NCBI GenBank assembly: GCA_964016885.1
Contig: OZ024741.1
Location: 153,760,001-153,824,000 of the forward strand
Origin: Eledone cirrhosa
Lineage: Eukaryota
Direction: 5' to 3'
DNA: 64,000 bases
In this document: positions 12,843-27,699 of the stretch, one piece after another
Position numbering within the stretch: position 1 is the first letter of the stretch
Layout: the number at the start of each line of letters is the position of its first letter
Made by a program: the position numbers and the translations under genes
Notes under the pieces: model-generated
What the model saw: only the letters and a program-made list of their open reading frames with translations
Database searches by the model: none
Told to the model about the DNA's origin: nothing

Positions 12843-14149
12843 TATACACTCACTCATGTGTGTGTAAATACTAGTTTATGAAATAAAGTAGCTTACTCTG
12901 TGTGTAATAGTAGTTTACTGATATATTTTCATGTTAGTATATTAATATTAGTAAAAGCATGGCTATGTGTATGTATCATCACAACTGAATATTCCCTTCA
13001 GCATATAATAATAAATGGATATATAATTTATACGTTGCTGGTGCTGTACTTCTTACATTCAATACATTTTCCTTTTCTCCTTTTTTCAAAGTATCTGTCT
13101 TTTAATGTCATCTCTGTTTTCTCTGTCTATATTTTTACACACCAGTAATATGATTTAAGTCCAAATGAAAGACACAACCTAGAATTTAAAAAATTATTTT
13201 GAAAATAATCAAGAATTTGAAAAGATTTAGTAAAATAACTTTTTTAATATTTAGCTGGCGTTTGGAGTATAACTTAACAAAGGTTCTTACATAAAATTAT
13301 GATGGAAGGTTTTTTTAGATAAATATAAACATTTTAAAACCAGTTCTGTGTCATAGAAGCAAGGGTGGTTTCAGACAGTTTGGTTTGAAAAAGGTTAATA
13401 TCAAACTTGAAAATGTAAAAGTCTATATACTACATGTGTTCATTGGTGGAAAAAGATTTTTGCAGGGTTGTCATTATTAAAACACCCAATATAACATGTT
13501 TATTTGATGTGAGAGATCTTGGGAAAAACGTGTGTGTGTGTGTGTGTGTGTGCTACAGATAGATTCAAGTATATGTTGGGTGAATCTGATTGAGGCTGAA
13601 GGACATAAATTCATTATGGTTGCAAAACATTAGTGTTTGAAAATTTTAGTCAAAGGAAAATTGTTGTTGTTTAGCTTCAAGTCTGCCACAATGGAGCAGA
13701 CCTATGAATAAAAATGTTTTAGCTGTGAGAAATTGTCTTTGTTTTTAGTTATATAGTGTTTAGACAAGGAGGGAGGGTCAGAATCCCTGACCCATTTCAG
13801 GTGGGATGGATGGAGGAAGAGAGTTATCCTCAAACTGGAGACCTTGTCTGAATATTTGCAACAAAGTAGACTCTGCTAAAGGACCCAAGAGCCTGGTGGT
13901 AGTGTTAAACCTGCTGACAGATTAAATTAACCACCTAGGCAGGCTTCACCAGAATCAAATATCACATCTCTTCCCTCTTGCCTTAACAATTCCATCAATC
14001 CACTGTCCTGGCTTGGCTAGTGTTATAATTTATTCCAAATGGATAAAAGACAGATGATCCCAGTGGGATTTAAACTCAGCCAGAATAAATATCACAAAAT
14101 GTTTGTCCTCTACTGACATCTCAGCCAATTTACTACCTCAGAGGGAAGA

Positions 14150-14525
14150 CCTACATATAAAAAGAATCAGATGTAGTGAGCAAGAGAGAAGACTGTACTG
14201 GTATAGACATGTGGTGTGCATGAATGGTGATCTCTGGGTGAAAAGTATCAGAAGATACCAGGGGCAGGTAGCGGCAGTAGTGGAAGACTAAGGAAAACTT
14301 GATCAGTGGTGATTAGAGCCGATCTCAAAATGGCCAATTTCACAGAAGAGATGACGAATGGAGGCAGGTTGTGCTGGAGATGACCTGTCTAACCGATGCA
14401 AGCATGGAAAAGTGGGCATAAAATAGTTGTTTCTACTTTTAGCACAAGGCCAGCAATTATCCTAGTGCATTACTGGTACTTTATTTTATCGACCCTGTAA
14501 AATAAAGTGGGCATAAAATAATAAT
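14150..14525. mobile_element. Decayed RTE 3' fragment (+) with a 5'-truncated SINE-1 (-, 14426-14503) inserted in its tail
   Basis: RIRCSEQERRLYWYRHV is homologous to the LINE at 32350. A 17-bp TSD aaagtgggcataaaata lies at 14409-14425 and 14504-14520. Confidence 0.8.
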
Positions 14526-14716
14526 GAGATATTGCCATTCTTCACAATCCTGCATCATTTTGTCCTTGAGGCTAAATGTTTTTAGAGTGGACTTCATATC
14601 TGATGTCTTCTAGGGTTGTTACAAGTACATTCCTTTGTCAATACTACTTACTGCATTTTTTGCCAGCAGCTGTTGTTCATGCCCAATATATGCACACGTG
14701 TGTGTGTGTATGTATG

Positions 14717-14759
<43 letters not shown>

Positions 14760-17700
14760 ATGCAGCTGCCTCTCCTGGACTTGTTGAAGTATCTGCTTAT
14801 TACTCTACTCATATATTTCTCTCCAACAAACATCCCCTTACAGCTTATTCATTTGGTCTTCATATATCACCCAGTTTAGCATTACATGTCTTGTGCCTAC
14901 TGTTTGTGAGTGGTCACTTTAAAATTAAACTGATTTAGAATAAGGATATTTATCCTTCCATAATATAACTTGTGCTGGTTTCAAATATATACACAATAAG
15001 TCCACTGTTAGTAGTTAACAGGAAAAGTATCAAGTCATAAAACCCCAGCCAAGTCAAACAAGTAGTAAACCAAATTGTATCATATTTATCATCAGCTCCA
15101 ATAACATCATCATCATCATGCGTCTGTTTTCCATGTTAGTAAGGGTTAGATGGGTTATGTTCTGAGTCAGTTCTTATTTGGAGTTACTGTGCTCTTAGAT
15201 GGGTCGGAGGACCACATCTCACTCATTTTGCATATTCTATCATCATTTAATGTCTGTATATCGTAATAAACAAAAAAGAGCAAAACACCACCATTTTCTG
15301 GGAAATGTTTGAAATTCAGTTTAGAGCATTGAATCCTAAATGTGTCTGGTCATGCAAATCTGTTTAACGTAGGTAAGTGGTGTCACTTCAGTTCATGTCA
15401 CCTTGCAGGTGGTTCTCCAGTTTGTCCACCAGCTATACTACTGATTCAGGTACATGCTTTTTGAACCAGCATGTAACTAATCTACAAAACAACACTGTGA
15501 CTGCAGTCTTTAATTTAGTCTAATATTGCAAATTTACACAACAATCTGTTCACTAGTAGCAATATTATAAACATTTGAATTAACAAACTAAGTGAAACTA
15601 CATTAGCAAAACATTCTTGAAAAGTACAAAACAACAATATGACTGCATCACATTGAATATTGAAGTCTTTACTCTAATACTGCAAAATTTCACAATGATC
15701 TATCCACTAATAAAAATATAAACATTTGAATTAACAAACTTGTTTTTAGATGTTTTCTGCCAAATCATTACAAAATGTTAATAGTTAAGTGGTTTTAAAA
15801 CTACATATGTAGTATGTATGGATCTATGACATGTGATGGAGTCATAGAATGGTTGATATTGGTTGGCAGCAATGAAAGAGACAGAAGTAGATTCATTGCT
15901 TTAAAAATGTTACATCCATCATGTTTTTAGTAGCCTTAAGTGAATATATAATAATAATGAAATTATTTTGTACAGTGCTCAGGTGCACTACAAATCATCA
16001 AAGGTGCATATATATATAGTACATAGAATAATGTACAAATGTCAGGAAAGTGAACAGTGTATGAGTCAAGATATATACACACAGGATGAGGTCCTGGTGG
16101 AATCAGATAATGAGGTATGCTGAAAAGATATAAATTTTTCTTACATGTTTGTTAGTGTTTGCTTTCTAGAGTCTATTTCAAATAAGTAGTATATAGTTGT
16201 ATTGCTGTACATTTTACTATAGTTTATAAGATGCTAGCTGAGGTACCCAGCTTTTCTTGGGTAAACAGATAATAAAAGAAGACCAGTACAAGAGAAAACA
16301 ACTGTATTGGATGCATTGCCTGGTTTACAGAGTGAGGTGAGACCCTTGTGTACGTGTGTGTGTGTGTGTGTGACAAAAAAGTCCCAAATCCTACAGTTAC
16401 ACCAGATTCTTCGTTTACCATTTGTGCATAGTATATGAATATTTCTTGGTGTTCCTGCTCGTGAACAACATATATATAACTGTTCATGGGTAAAAACCGA
16501 TTCTTTCATATTCAATCCTACAACTTTGAGAGACTCTGACCCTAAGCTTTATCTATGGTTATAGCAAACCTGGCTCTAACAGGGAACTGAAGTCTTGAGA
16601 ATTTGAATGGCAGCTCAGTAGAGGAAGGGATAAGAGGAATCTTGGAAATAAATGCATTTTCTCCTTGATGATTGTTTCCAAGTGACCTCTAGGAGATGGT
16701 TCATTGCCCGCCTGAATGTTAAGTGTATGCCATTGCATAGGCATGGCAGGTCCAGGTTTCTCAAAAGGATGATGGGAGTTCCAAAATTTTATATTATATA
16801 TGCATATAGTTATAGATAATTATATATAAAAGTGTGTGTGTGTGTAAACCAGCGTTCAAATAGACAGAAACGCTGGGCATCACTGACGACACAGAGAATC
16901 CCTTATGCTAGAAATAGCAGTTGGGTTAGTTAGTATACTCGGGATTTTTTCTTCTTTGATGTTATAAAATGAGTATCAATAAACCTTTCCATTGGTGTCC
17001 TTATTTTTCAGTTGTCAGCTTTCATTTTTGTGTGATGCGTGAAGACACCAACCAACAAACATCTTTTTTTTTATATTATAGATGTATGTATGGATAGACC
17101 CATAACTCCTGATGGAGTCATAGGGGTGCCATCATGACATGCAGTTTGTCTTGGGCATTTTTAACCTGGCACAACTCATCCTCTTTCCAGGTTTGAACAG
17201 TCATTTTCTTTCAGAGAAGTAGAGAGTGAGAGAGAGGAAGTGAGAAAGAAATATAGAGAAAGAATCAACCCCAATATTGGACTGGTAATTTTGTTATCGA
17301 CCCTGAAAAGAGGAAAAGCAAAGTTAACCTCAGGGAAATTTAAATTCAGAGCACAGGAAGCCAGAACAAATACAAAAAAAAGCATTCAATCTGACATTCT
17401 AATGACTCTGCCAATTTTCTACCTAGAACTAGATATAGAAATAGATAAAAGTCTGTTTTCGTCTTATAAATATTGTAACTATTGATTTTTCTCCCAATTG
17501 AAGAGATTCAATAAAGTAAAATGAATAAATGAAAAAATTCAATAAATGTTAATTTTTCAATGTAAGATATTTGATATTACACTATTAACTATCAACTCTT
17601 TAATTATATCTCACTAAAATTATTGAAGTATTGATAATAACAACACTTTAGTTGGTTGGCTTTTTACCGAGTACAAAAATGAAATGAAAATTGTTTCATC

Positions 17701-19300
17701 ATCATACATCCATTTTCCCTGCCAGCACGAGTTGGATGGGTCAGGACCAGCCAATTCAGTACTAAACTGGAGTCACTGATCTCACAATCTGCAGAATACA
17801 CCATGCATTTTATTATGACACTAACACTAGGGAGGTTGTCATGTATTTGACACAACAGAAAAATCCTTTCTATCCATGGGGGAATATTGTTTGTGTGCAA
17901 CATCAACAAATGTCATTGCCTGGAGGGAGTTGTCAAATGTGAAGCAGAGACACAGACAAACACCTGCATACACACTCACATTTACTCGCATGACTGGCTT
18001 CGTACAGGTTTCTGTCTACCAATTTGAGTCACAAAGCACTGACCACCTAGCACATTTCATAGATGTCAGCTGCCAACGTATAGAATATGAAACCATATGG
18101 TTGTGCAGTGAATATTTTAACCACACTGTCATGCCTGTATCTAATATATTTTAACAAATGATAGTAAAAATTACAATAACAATAATGTTGTTGTTGATAG
18201 TGATTTTTAACTTTGGCACAAAGCCAGGAATTTAAAGGAATAAAATAGTTAAGTCAAAGCCAAATATATTACTGATATTTGTATTTATTGTACTTGGAGA
18301 GATAAAAGACAGATATAATCCTGACTAAATTTGGACTGAGAAAGTGAATAGAAATAATTACACATTTTAAGGCATTTAACTCTTAATATGCTGTACAACA
18401 TGAAATCATATTAGCAAAACAGTATAAAACAGCACTATGACTGCATTAAGGATCATTAGTAAACATACAGCAAACATCTGAGTTAACAAACCTGTTTTTA
18501 GATAGTTTCTGCTAAATCATTACAGGATGTTAAAAGTTAATCATTTAAAAATTCAGTACTGCTTACCCCTTTTAATTAACACACACACAGTTACCTTATG
18601 AGAATGTTAATAATGATTTCTTGTGTGTTAGATGCTCACAACTTGTAGGAGAGTGATATAGTTAATTAATTGCAGTACAAGATTAGTATTTTATTAAACC
18701 CAAGGTTATGAAGGGGCAAAATCAATCTCAATCAGATATCAGAATGCAGTATGATGAATCTAAATATTAGTTTCTAACATTGGCACTAAGTCTTTGAATT
18801 TTGGAAGTGGGTAGAATTGGTTAAATTGACTGTATGAGTGAACTGGTAGATATGTTATTGACTTCACGAGAATAGTGATTTCAGCGGGATTTCAATTAAA
18901 GAGATATAACTAAATACTACAAGGTATTTCATTTTCCCTTGCCAGCTACAGTTTTTGCTACTCTGACACTTTGAATATGTATGATGTATTGGATGTGTAA
19001 CTCCCCACGGAGTCAGGGGGACACTTTAAACCTGGCAGAGCCCATTCTCTCTTCAAGTCTGAATACAGCTGATTTCTTCAAGAGAAGGAGAGAGAGAGAG
19101 GAAGTGAGAAAGAGATACAGTGGAAGAATCAGCGACAGTACCGAATTGGAACTTTTTTTATTGACCTTGAAAGGTTGAAAAGCAAAGTTGACCTTGGCGG
19201 GGTTTGAATTCAGAGTTGGAATTAATATCACAAAATATTCTATCCAGCAGACTAATGACTGCCAATTCACTGTGTGACACTTTAAATAAGGATAGTAATA

Positions 19301-19540
19301 TTAACTCTTTGAGTACCCCAAACGTACTGGTTCATCTCTTATCTCTTCTCTTTGTGTGCTATACTGGTATGTTTTAGTTTAGTTCATGAAGTACAGGTCC
19401 TGACAAAATAAACCAAATTTGATAAAAATATCTTATTTTATTCTAAACAATATTTTGAAAAATCTAAAAATCAATGTATAATCCCAGCCTGGTACAGTAA
19501 AATATATATTAAAAAATGGTACTGGCACTGAAAGAGTTAA
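19301..19540 (+). mobile_element. TTAA-flanked MITE family C (related copy about 1310-1672 with an internal ~67-bp triplication)
   Basis: TTAActctttgagtac ... gcactgaaagagTTAA inverted termini. Internal sequence is shared with 1490-1672. Confidence 0.7.
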
Positions 19541-19628
19541 TAGAGGGTGCATTAATGATGACGGAGATAATTGTTATAATCTACGAAGACCTTGTTAAGA
19601 TGGGAATGACATTAAGCAGCAGCTCACT

Positions 19629-20233
19629 TTAAGCCTTTAGCATTTAAACCGACCGTTTTCGGCTAGAATTCTCTCACCTCTTTCTGTTCAAACCAACTGG
19701 AGCTGGCTGCTCATACTTATGTTAAGGTATTGTTCTAAAAATAAATAGTATCAAAATCTCGTACATTCTATATTATGTGAGATAAAGCCTTTACCACAAA
19801 AATACAATAGTATATATAGAGTAATGTAAATGCTAAAGGGATAACCCTTTCCATACCAGCCTGACGAAAACAAGTGCTGGTTCTATGGAAAAAACAAAAT
19901 AAAACCTATTTTAAAGGGTTCCTAAATTAAAATCTTCCAGCATAATTTTATATACGAATCATATGTTAAGTTACTATTTTAGTAATGAAATAATTAATGA
20001 TTTTAGTAAATCCCTCAAAATTATTCATGAATTAACCCTTTAGCATTTACATTATTATATAAACTATTGTATTTTCGCAGTAAAGGCTTTACCTCACATA
20101 ATATCGAATCTATGAGATTTTGATGTTATTCACTTTGAGAACAATACCTTAACATTGGTGTGAGCAACCAGTTTGAACAGAAAGAGGAGAGAATTCTGGC
20201 CAGATACAGCCGGTTTAAATGCTAAAGGGTTAA
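19629..20233. mobile_element. Two inverted copies of MITE family B (19629-19844 +, 20032-20233 -); third copy at 50720-50944
   Basis: TIR TTAAccctttagcattta ... taaatgctaaagggTTAA. The minus copy interrupts a family A MITE at a duplicated TTAA. Confidence 0.85.
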
Positions 20234-21068
20234 TTGAAATAATGTGTATTTTGTTAGAAATACGGTCAGAAAATGGTTAATAAATACATTCTGCTAATGT
20301 ATTCAATGTTATATTTATTAGAGAGAAAGAGAAGGGTTGTCATACTGAGTCAATGACTCAAACTTACTGAGGTGACTTCTACCATTAAACTATCTTGCAT
20401 ATATAATCATCTTCACAGGAAAATAGAAGAAAAAAATTGCTAATGATACTATTTATAGATTGAAATGCCTATCTATGTCCTGTTTAAAGCTATTAGGTAC
20501 TTCTTATTCTATTAATATTTTGTTTTTATAAAAACAAACTTCATTATTATATAATTTCTTGAGATTATTTCTTGAAAATGTTTGTTTTTATAATAATTGT
20601 CGGGCAGTTTTTGGTGTATTGGGTTTTTTTTGACATTAAGTGCCTCTGAATGTTTACTTTTTGTTAATTTACCACAGCTTAACACAACATTAATTGTCAT
20701 TTTCCTGTTTTAAAGAGATAATTGTTACTAAGTGGTCATTCTCTCTAATTGGGTGGGTGTTGTAGTTAGTTAGTATATAATACATTTGTTGTTTCTTTTT
20801 GTCATCATTTAAGTTTTGCTGGGAGATACTGTTTCATTGAAGCCATAACATTGCCAATATTTGTGAGTTATTTAATATATTTAAAATTTGAAAATCTCTC
20901 TTTTTTATATACATGTGTATAAGTTTGACCTTTTCCCATGAAAATACCCCAAAAACTAGTATGTGAGGACCTACAATTCGAAATATATGGTACATTAAAG
21001 TTGTGTGTAAAATAGAGGTGGGACTTGTCTACTGGTCAACAGATACATATTGTAACTTTCTGTCTCTT

Positions 21069-21121
<53 letters not shown>

Positions 21122-21182
21122 GTAAAAAGAGATATTAAAATAATGTTATTGGGTACACCAATAAGGATGGTCATCATTATTA

Positions 21183-21368
21183 TGGATTGGCAGTATCGGC
21201 AGAGGGTCGGACGCCATGCTTTGATGCATAGAGTTACGGCCCTTGTCATTCTGAGTTCAAATCCCGCTGAGGTTAACTTTGCCTTTCATCCTTATGGGGT
21301 CAATAAAATAAAGTACCAATAATGCACTGGGATAATTGCTGGCCTTGTGCCAAAAAGTAGAAGCAATT
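21183..21368 (+). mobile_element. tRNA-type SINE family 1 copy
   Basis: Head with A-box-like tggcagtatcgg and B-box-like gagttcaaatccc, core ctttgcctttcatccttayggggtcrataaaataaagtaccag, tail gctggccttgtgcc.aaagtagaa.caatt. Confidence 0.85.
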
Positions 21369-23656
21369 ATTATATTTATGTCACACACTTATTTTACATA
21401 CAACATTTACAATATAACTGAAGTGTATACGAAAGCATATACAATGTTTATGTATAACAAACAATACATAAGTTGGGCATTTTAAGCTGTGATGATGATG
21501 ATGATCATCATCATCATCGTTTAACGTTTATCTTCTATGCTAGCATGGGTTTAGACAAGAATTATCCCACTTGAGGCAAGATTGGTTGTCTTGCTCATAT
21601 AGGATTGTCTGGCAGGTTTTCTACAGCTGGATGCCCTTCCTAACAGCAACTACGTTTACATTGTGGACTGGGAGGTTTTTACCGTATTACCTACACGGCC
21701 ACATTACAGCATGGACTGTGTGTTTTTTTGTCGTGACACCTACACAACCTCATTTATTTAGGACTGGATGTCAGAGCTAATGCTGGACACTAGTGTTTCA
21801 GGACTTTTATCCATCTTAAGTGATATTTACTCACTCAGTACTATGGCAAGAATAAGCTGGAGATGCTCATTTGCATACAGTGCAAGCTTGATGGGTTGGT
21901 ATTAATTAGTAGTAGCACTAACATAGTGTAATTCATATTATGCTTATGTATAATAAACATACGTTTATGATGTACCATATATTTTGCATTGAGGTTTTGT
22001 AGGTCCAGTAACTAAATCATATGCTGGTTTTACACATCATATTTTTGAGGAAATAAAGACATGATTTATACATGAATATAGGCAATGAATAGGCAGAGTT
22101 GTTACAACATTGGATAGAATGCTTTAAGGTATTTGTTCTAGCTCTCTGTGTTCAAATTCTGCTATGGTCTACTTTGCCTTTTATCCTTTTGGTGTTGATT
22201 CTCACTCTCTCCTTCTCTGGAAGAAATTGACTATGTTCGGACATGAAGAGATGAACTCTTCCAAGTTAGAAAAGTGCCGAGTTACAGGTCCATACATACA
22301 TTTATACTGTACTAAGTGCATTTTATCGTGGCATCAGCACTGCCACTTTACAAAGTGCACTGGGTGCATTTTATTATGGCATCAGCACTATCACTTTATA
22401 GAGTGTATTGGGTGAATTTTATTGTGGCATCAGCACTATCACTACACATTTTACATAATATACTGAGTGCATTTTATTGTGGCATCAGCACTAGAGAGGT
22501 GTGAGGTCCTTGATAAAATCTGAGGGTTCCCCCTACATATTGACTTAATTTGTTTATATGATAATTTTTTTTTTAAAAATCTTATTAAAAAACACTTCTC
22601 ATGGAAACTGAATTTTATTAAGATGCCTGTTTGAGAAACACTAAATTCTCAGTTTCTTTATAGGAACACATGTTGGTTATTTTATTCTTTAAAATTGATA
22701 GGAAGTATTTCTAGGTTTTACTGATATTTCTCTTTCTAATGGAATTTTTTAAATAAAAATGTAATGTATAAATAACTCTTATTCTTCATATATAAATACT
22801 TCATGATATATATATAGAGAGTTAATAAAAAGAACCAATATTGCCAATTTGTTATGTATATAGATACAACATATTTCATATAGACATGACTTCTGCAGGA
22901 CTAGAAATGTTTGTTTCTTTCGTTTGAAATTACAAGGATTTCCTGATGATTTCAAATGAATGAAACTGTTCTCGGTCTGAAAATGAAATAAACCATCTAT
23001 TACCCACTCTACTACCTTAAGTATCGAGTACTCTGGTACATTATGGTCCACCTAGTTCCTTACCACACTTTGTTATATCATCATTTAACATCCATCTTCC
23101 CAACTAGCAAGGATTGAACAGGTCTTCAGAGACTATTGACTTCTCAGATATATATGTGTGTGTGTAACTTGTTTCTAGTTTTGAATTGGTTCATCATGTA
23201 AATTTCAATATTCCAATTTAAATTTCAAATGTTATTTAATTATCATATCTTACCTGTTAACATTTTTATATAAAAAAAAAAAAAAAATAAAGAATCAATA
23301 TTTAAAAAATTGTAAGCTTTTAAAAGATGTGTATATTATGTATCTAAGGGATTGGTTACATAAAATGACTGATATATATATGTATATGACACAATACTTT
23401 GTAGCAAATAAGATTTCTATAGGCTCAGCACCACACGGATAAATTAACATTTGACTTCTTCAGTGATCAGAGGATGAACTGTAATTTTAATTGTTAAAAG
23501 ATGCTATGTTGTTAAATGACTTATTGACTGCAGCTGCAACAAGTTTACTCATTGAAGACATCACATACAGCTAAGCTACTGCAGTACTGCGTAAATATCA
23601 GGCTAAATGGATGTTGACTATGGTATTGTAGTTTATGTAAGGATGATGACTGTAAT

Positions 23657-23699
<43 letters not shown>

Positions 23700-24101
23700 G
23701 GTGAGAGAAAGAGAAAGAGAGGGTGAGAGAAAGAAAGATGCATGCATTAGATTGAGAAAAAGGTAGATGTATTTAGAAGATGTAGCTACTACTACAACTA
23801 GAGGTTTTGTTGCAACTACTGCAGCTGCTGCTACTGGCCACTAGCTTCATGTCAAGCTTGTGTTGTTAACATTTGGAGTAAGGAAACTGTATAAAGATCA
23901 CAAAACAAAACAATGTCTGTGGAAAGCGAGGTATTGCAGTGAGAGCCAACTTGATCAAAGACTTAATATACTACTACTAATAATAATTAATGATCTGGTG
24001 CTGTTTGACCGTCATGGACTAGTGAGCTCTTCAGTCCTATCGCAACAATATTATCACTCAAATTAATAACAAGGTTCTGACAGTGAAATAAAACTGTTTG
24101 A

Positions 24102-24167
24102 ATGGAAGGACCGGCGCCGGCTTCTCCTTCAAGGAGAATGAAATCCACTGGATGGGGGCTAGTTACG
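24102..24167 (+). CDS. CORO2: Candidate alternative first coding exon B of coronin (MEGPAPASPSRRMKSTGWGLVT)
   Basis: ATG directly after an in-frame TGA, then 22 GC-rich codons and donor ACG|GTTAGA in phase 0, in frame with exon 29969. Preceded by a (GA)n tract and about 350 bp of unique leader. Confidence 0.55.
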
Positions 24168-24628
24168 GTTAGAATCTATTTTTTCCCTTATTAGCTCATC
24201 ATCTAATTTATATTTGTGTTGATGTTGTACTCCGGTTTTAGCTATTACGGACATCGAGGACAAGAGAAAAATCGATGCCGTACTGGTGATTATATATAAT
24301 ACACACATACATATATGTATGTATATATATATGTATGTATGTATGTATATATATATATATATATATATATACTTGTGTTTAAGAGATAAAGCATATCGTT
24401 TGTACCAGCTTTAAAATGTGACTGCTGCTTGTGTGGATCGGGAAATCTGCCAAAACAATACATTAATATATTCAATTTAAAATACCAGCCAGCTGAAAAC
24501 TTATTAAATGTTTAAAACTAAGAACATTGTATAAATACTGAGTGTCAGTGATATTTAATTTATGAAAGCGAAAACCTGTTGTGATTTAGATTTAGATTTT
24601 TATTTCTTTCTGTTTAACCACATGCCGC

Positions 24629-24707
<79 letters not shown>

Positions 24708-26593
24708 TGTGTTACAATGATATTTACATTGTAAATGGTTAAATGTATGATATCCCACTTGTTTTATGTTAACACTTCCTCTATCTCTTTCTCAAATTGT
24801 CAGTAATTGGGTATTAGTTGAGTAGTTTAGCAACTGTCTTTCTTTCTTTCTCTGTCATACTAAAGGTTTCTCAGCTGTCGCATTCCACGGCTCTTTCATT
24901 GTGTTGGTGTCTCTCTCGTCAATGTGTTGTCGCCTGCATTTTCTAGTGAATATTTCTACATAAAGAAAGAAACAACATATCTGAAAATACATATTAGGAC
25001 ATAATACAAATCATAACCCTGACTAATTAATTTTTCACAATTGCTTTGTTATTGTTGTTAATACATTTAAAATATTTTCGAATGTTATGCCTTAATCAGC
25101 TGCTACATGCTGTCAATTATCGCGGCCCATTTTACACTATCGTTGCCTTAACCATCTAGTAACATATTTCTTATGAAACCCACTGCCTTTGGTTTTCAAA
25201 TAATTTTTTAAATATTCAAGAATTTGGGGGGATTCAATAAAGTAACTGGCTTTCATATTAAAATCGTGTTTGGGACATAATTTAAAGGTTTTTGTATAAA
25301 ATTATGATGGAATGAGTTTAGATAAATATAAACAGCTTCGAATCGTAAAACCAAGAGCAGTTTCAGGTAGTTTTGTATCAAAAAGGTTAATAAATAATTT
25401 ATGGTGACAATTTGACAAGGGATGAGGATTTAAAAAAATAAATTTACTTCTAGGTTAAGAAAAACACGTAATTAAGCCATTTTTTTCTTTGTCTTAAAAT
25501 AGACATAATTTATTAAATACAAACCTAGAATATCTTAGTGAATTACAAAGTTCCATATTTAAAGACAAAAGAAAATAAAAAACAAAATTATCAGAAAATA
25601 ACATGATTCTTATTTTTATACACGGACACACAGACATAATTCCATGGTTTCAAATGAACGTTTATTTATATAAGAATATTAGAAGAGTGTGGCTGTGTAA
25701 TAATAATTATAACTGTGATGGCAATGATGGTCATGTCCAGCAGTGATGTAATTTATTTCTTGGCAACATGGTTAATCATCGCCACTATCGTGATTGTCAA
25801 CGTCATTTTTGTTGGGGATGTTTCTTTAAATTCTGTTCCCTTTTACTTCACTAATCCTGTTGGTATAACAGCATAACCAGTAACACCCCCACCCCTTCCG
25901 CTCTGCACGATAGTGAAAGTTTATTACAATTACTTGGAAATGGAGAAAGGAACATACTTTCGAAATCATTATTATTACATAAAGGAATCCTTATTTTGTA
26001 TTCCTGTTCGTTAATGTTTTCATTACTGAATAATTTCGATTTGTGTTTTGTCATTTCTACAGTTATAAATTGTAAAAAAAAAAAAATCAATTTTCTTTTA
26101 ATTGCATCAACATAATCGAAAATGCATCTCTGCAAAATTTCATTAAAACACAAGAATCAACGCAATACGACGGTTGTAGCCTGATGACGACCTTAGCCTC
26201 TGTACCAGTAATTAGTGCAGCTTAGTTGTTGTTATGTTTGGATATGGTTACAAAGAACATGATTGGTTTTTACTTTGTCTTATGCAGTGTGTCTGGTGAG
26301 TGGAGTTGAGTGTACGTTTATGGTTTGCATTTGCTTCAGTTTGTGGATAGCATTGGTTTAAGTGTAGATATATTTGCATTCAAGTTAAGGCAACTGACGA
26401 TCATAGTTATGGATTATTAAGAAAATGACGAGGAGATAAAACCTGGGGATGGTGGGAGGGGCAATAAACTATAGTTTGGTCACTTTAATGATGTAAATAA
26501 TATTAAAAGTTTTGAAAAACTTGATTCAAAACTTGAAAATAACATGTATTTGAAAATAGGACTGTTTACAACTCTTTATACATTTAAAGCTGG

Positions 26594-26830
26594 CACCTGG
26601 GTATTTAGTACCCTAGGCTAGCATTACAATATGCGCCTGGCTATTTAGTGCTCTATGCTAGCTTTACAATGTGTGCCTGAGTATTTAGCACACTAGGCTA
26701 GCCTGCAATATATGCTTGGGTATTTAGCACCATAGGCCAACCCTACAATGTATGCCTGGATATTTAATGCCCTATACTAGCCCTACAATATGTGCCTGGG
26801 TATATAGCACCCAAGGCAAGATCTAAAATG
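26594..26830. repeat. Degenerate 40-bp tandem repeat, about 5.5 copies
   Basis: cctgggtatttagcaccctaggctagc.ctacaat.tgtg at 26596, 26636, 26676, 26715, 26755 and 26795. Confidence 0.85.
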
Positions 26831-27699
26831 TGTTACCTTTCATCTTACAATTTGGTAAGCTGACGAACCTAGTTTTTGATACTTCTTGCTTTGACTACAC
26901 TAAGAAAATTACTAAGGCTGCATTTTCCACTATACAATCCACACTCACCTCAAATGATTTGAGAGGTCATAATACCATGCGGCCTTTTCCACTGCTTTGA
27001 ATAATATTTCCACATCACTGCTATGCGGCAAAGATGTTTAGCAATTTATTTATTGATTGCAGGAAATTATTATATTTGTTCTGATTCACTGTGATCTGAA
27101 TTGAAATCCTACTGAGGTTACTTTGCCTTTCATCCTTTCAAGGTCAATAAAGTACCAGTCCAGTACTAGGGTTGATTCTTCCTCTATCTCTCTTTATCAT
27201 TTTCTCTTTATCTGGGAGAAATTAGCTATGTAAAAATACCCAAGACATATCATGTGTCAGGATAGCTCCCCTACAACTTCATCAGGAGTTAAAGGCCCTT
27301 TATTTTTATTAATATATTTTATAGTTTAAAATTAAAGCTTGTAAATTTTATCTCAGCAAAATTATAAGGTTTGAAAACAAAATGATAAAGCCTGTTATTT
27401 CTTGTTTAAGTTAAAGAAAACATGTTATTAAATGATAGTAAAATGATGTATGCATCTCTGTATCAACATATATACGCATAGACACATACATATATATATA
27501 TATGCTAGAGAGGAGATTGCATTGGTATGGCCTTGTGATGCATATGAAGGACGGTAGCTGTATAAAAAGGTACAGGGTGAGCTTTGGTGTTATGCAGTAA
27601 TACAGAAGACACGCCTTCCCATGCGCACAGACTCAAACATAGATCTATTAGGCACATCTTAACCACTATACCCCACCCACCCAATCCTATCCACACCAC

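Noticed and set aside
21183-21270. tRNA gene (A/B-box-like motifs here and in other copies)
   Set aside because: No cloverleaf is apparent, and the motifs are always followed by the SINE core and tail.
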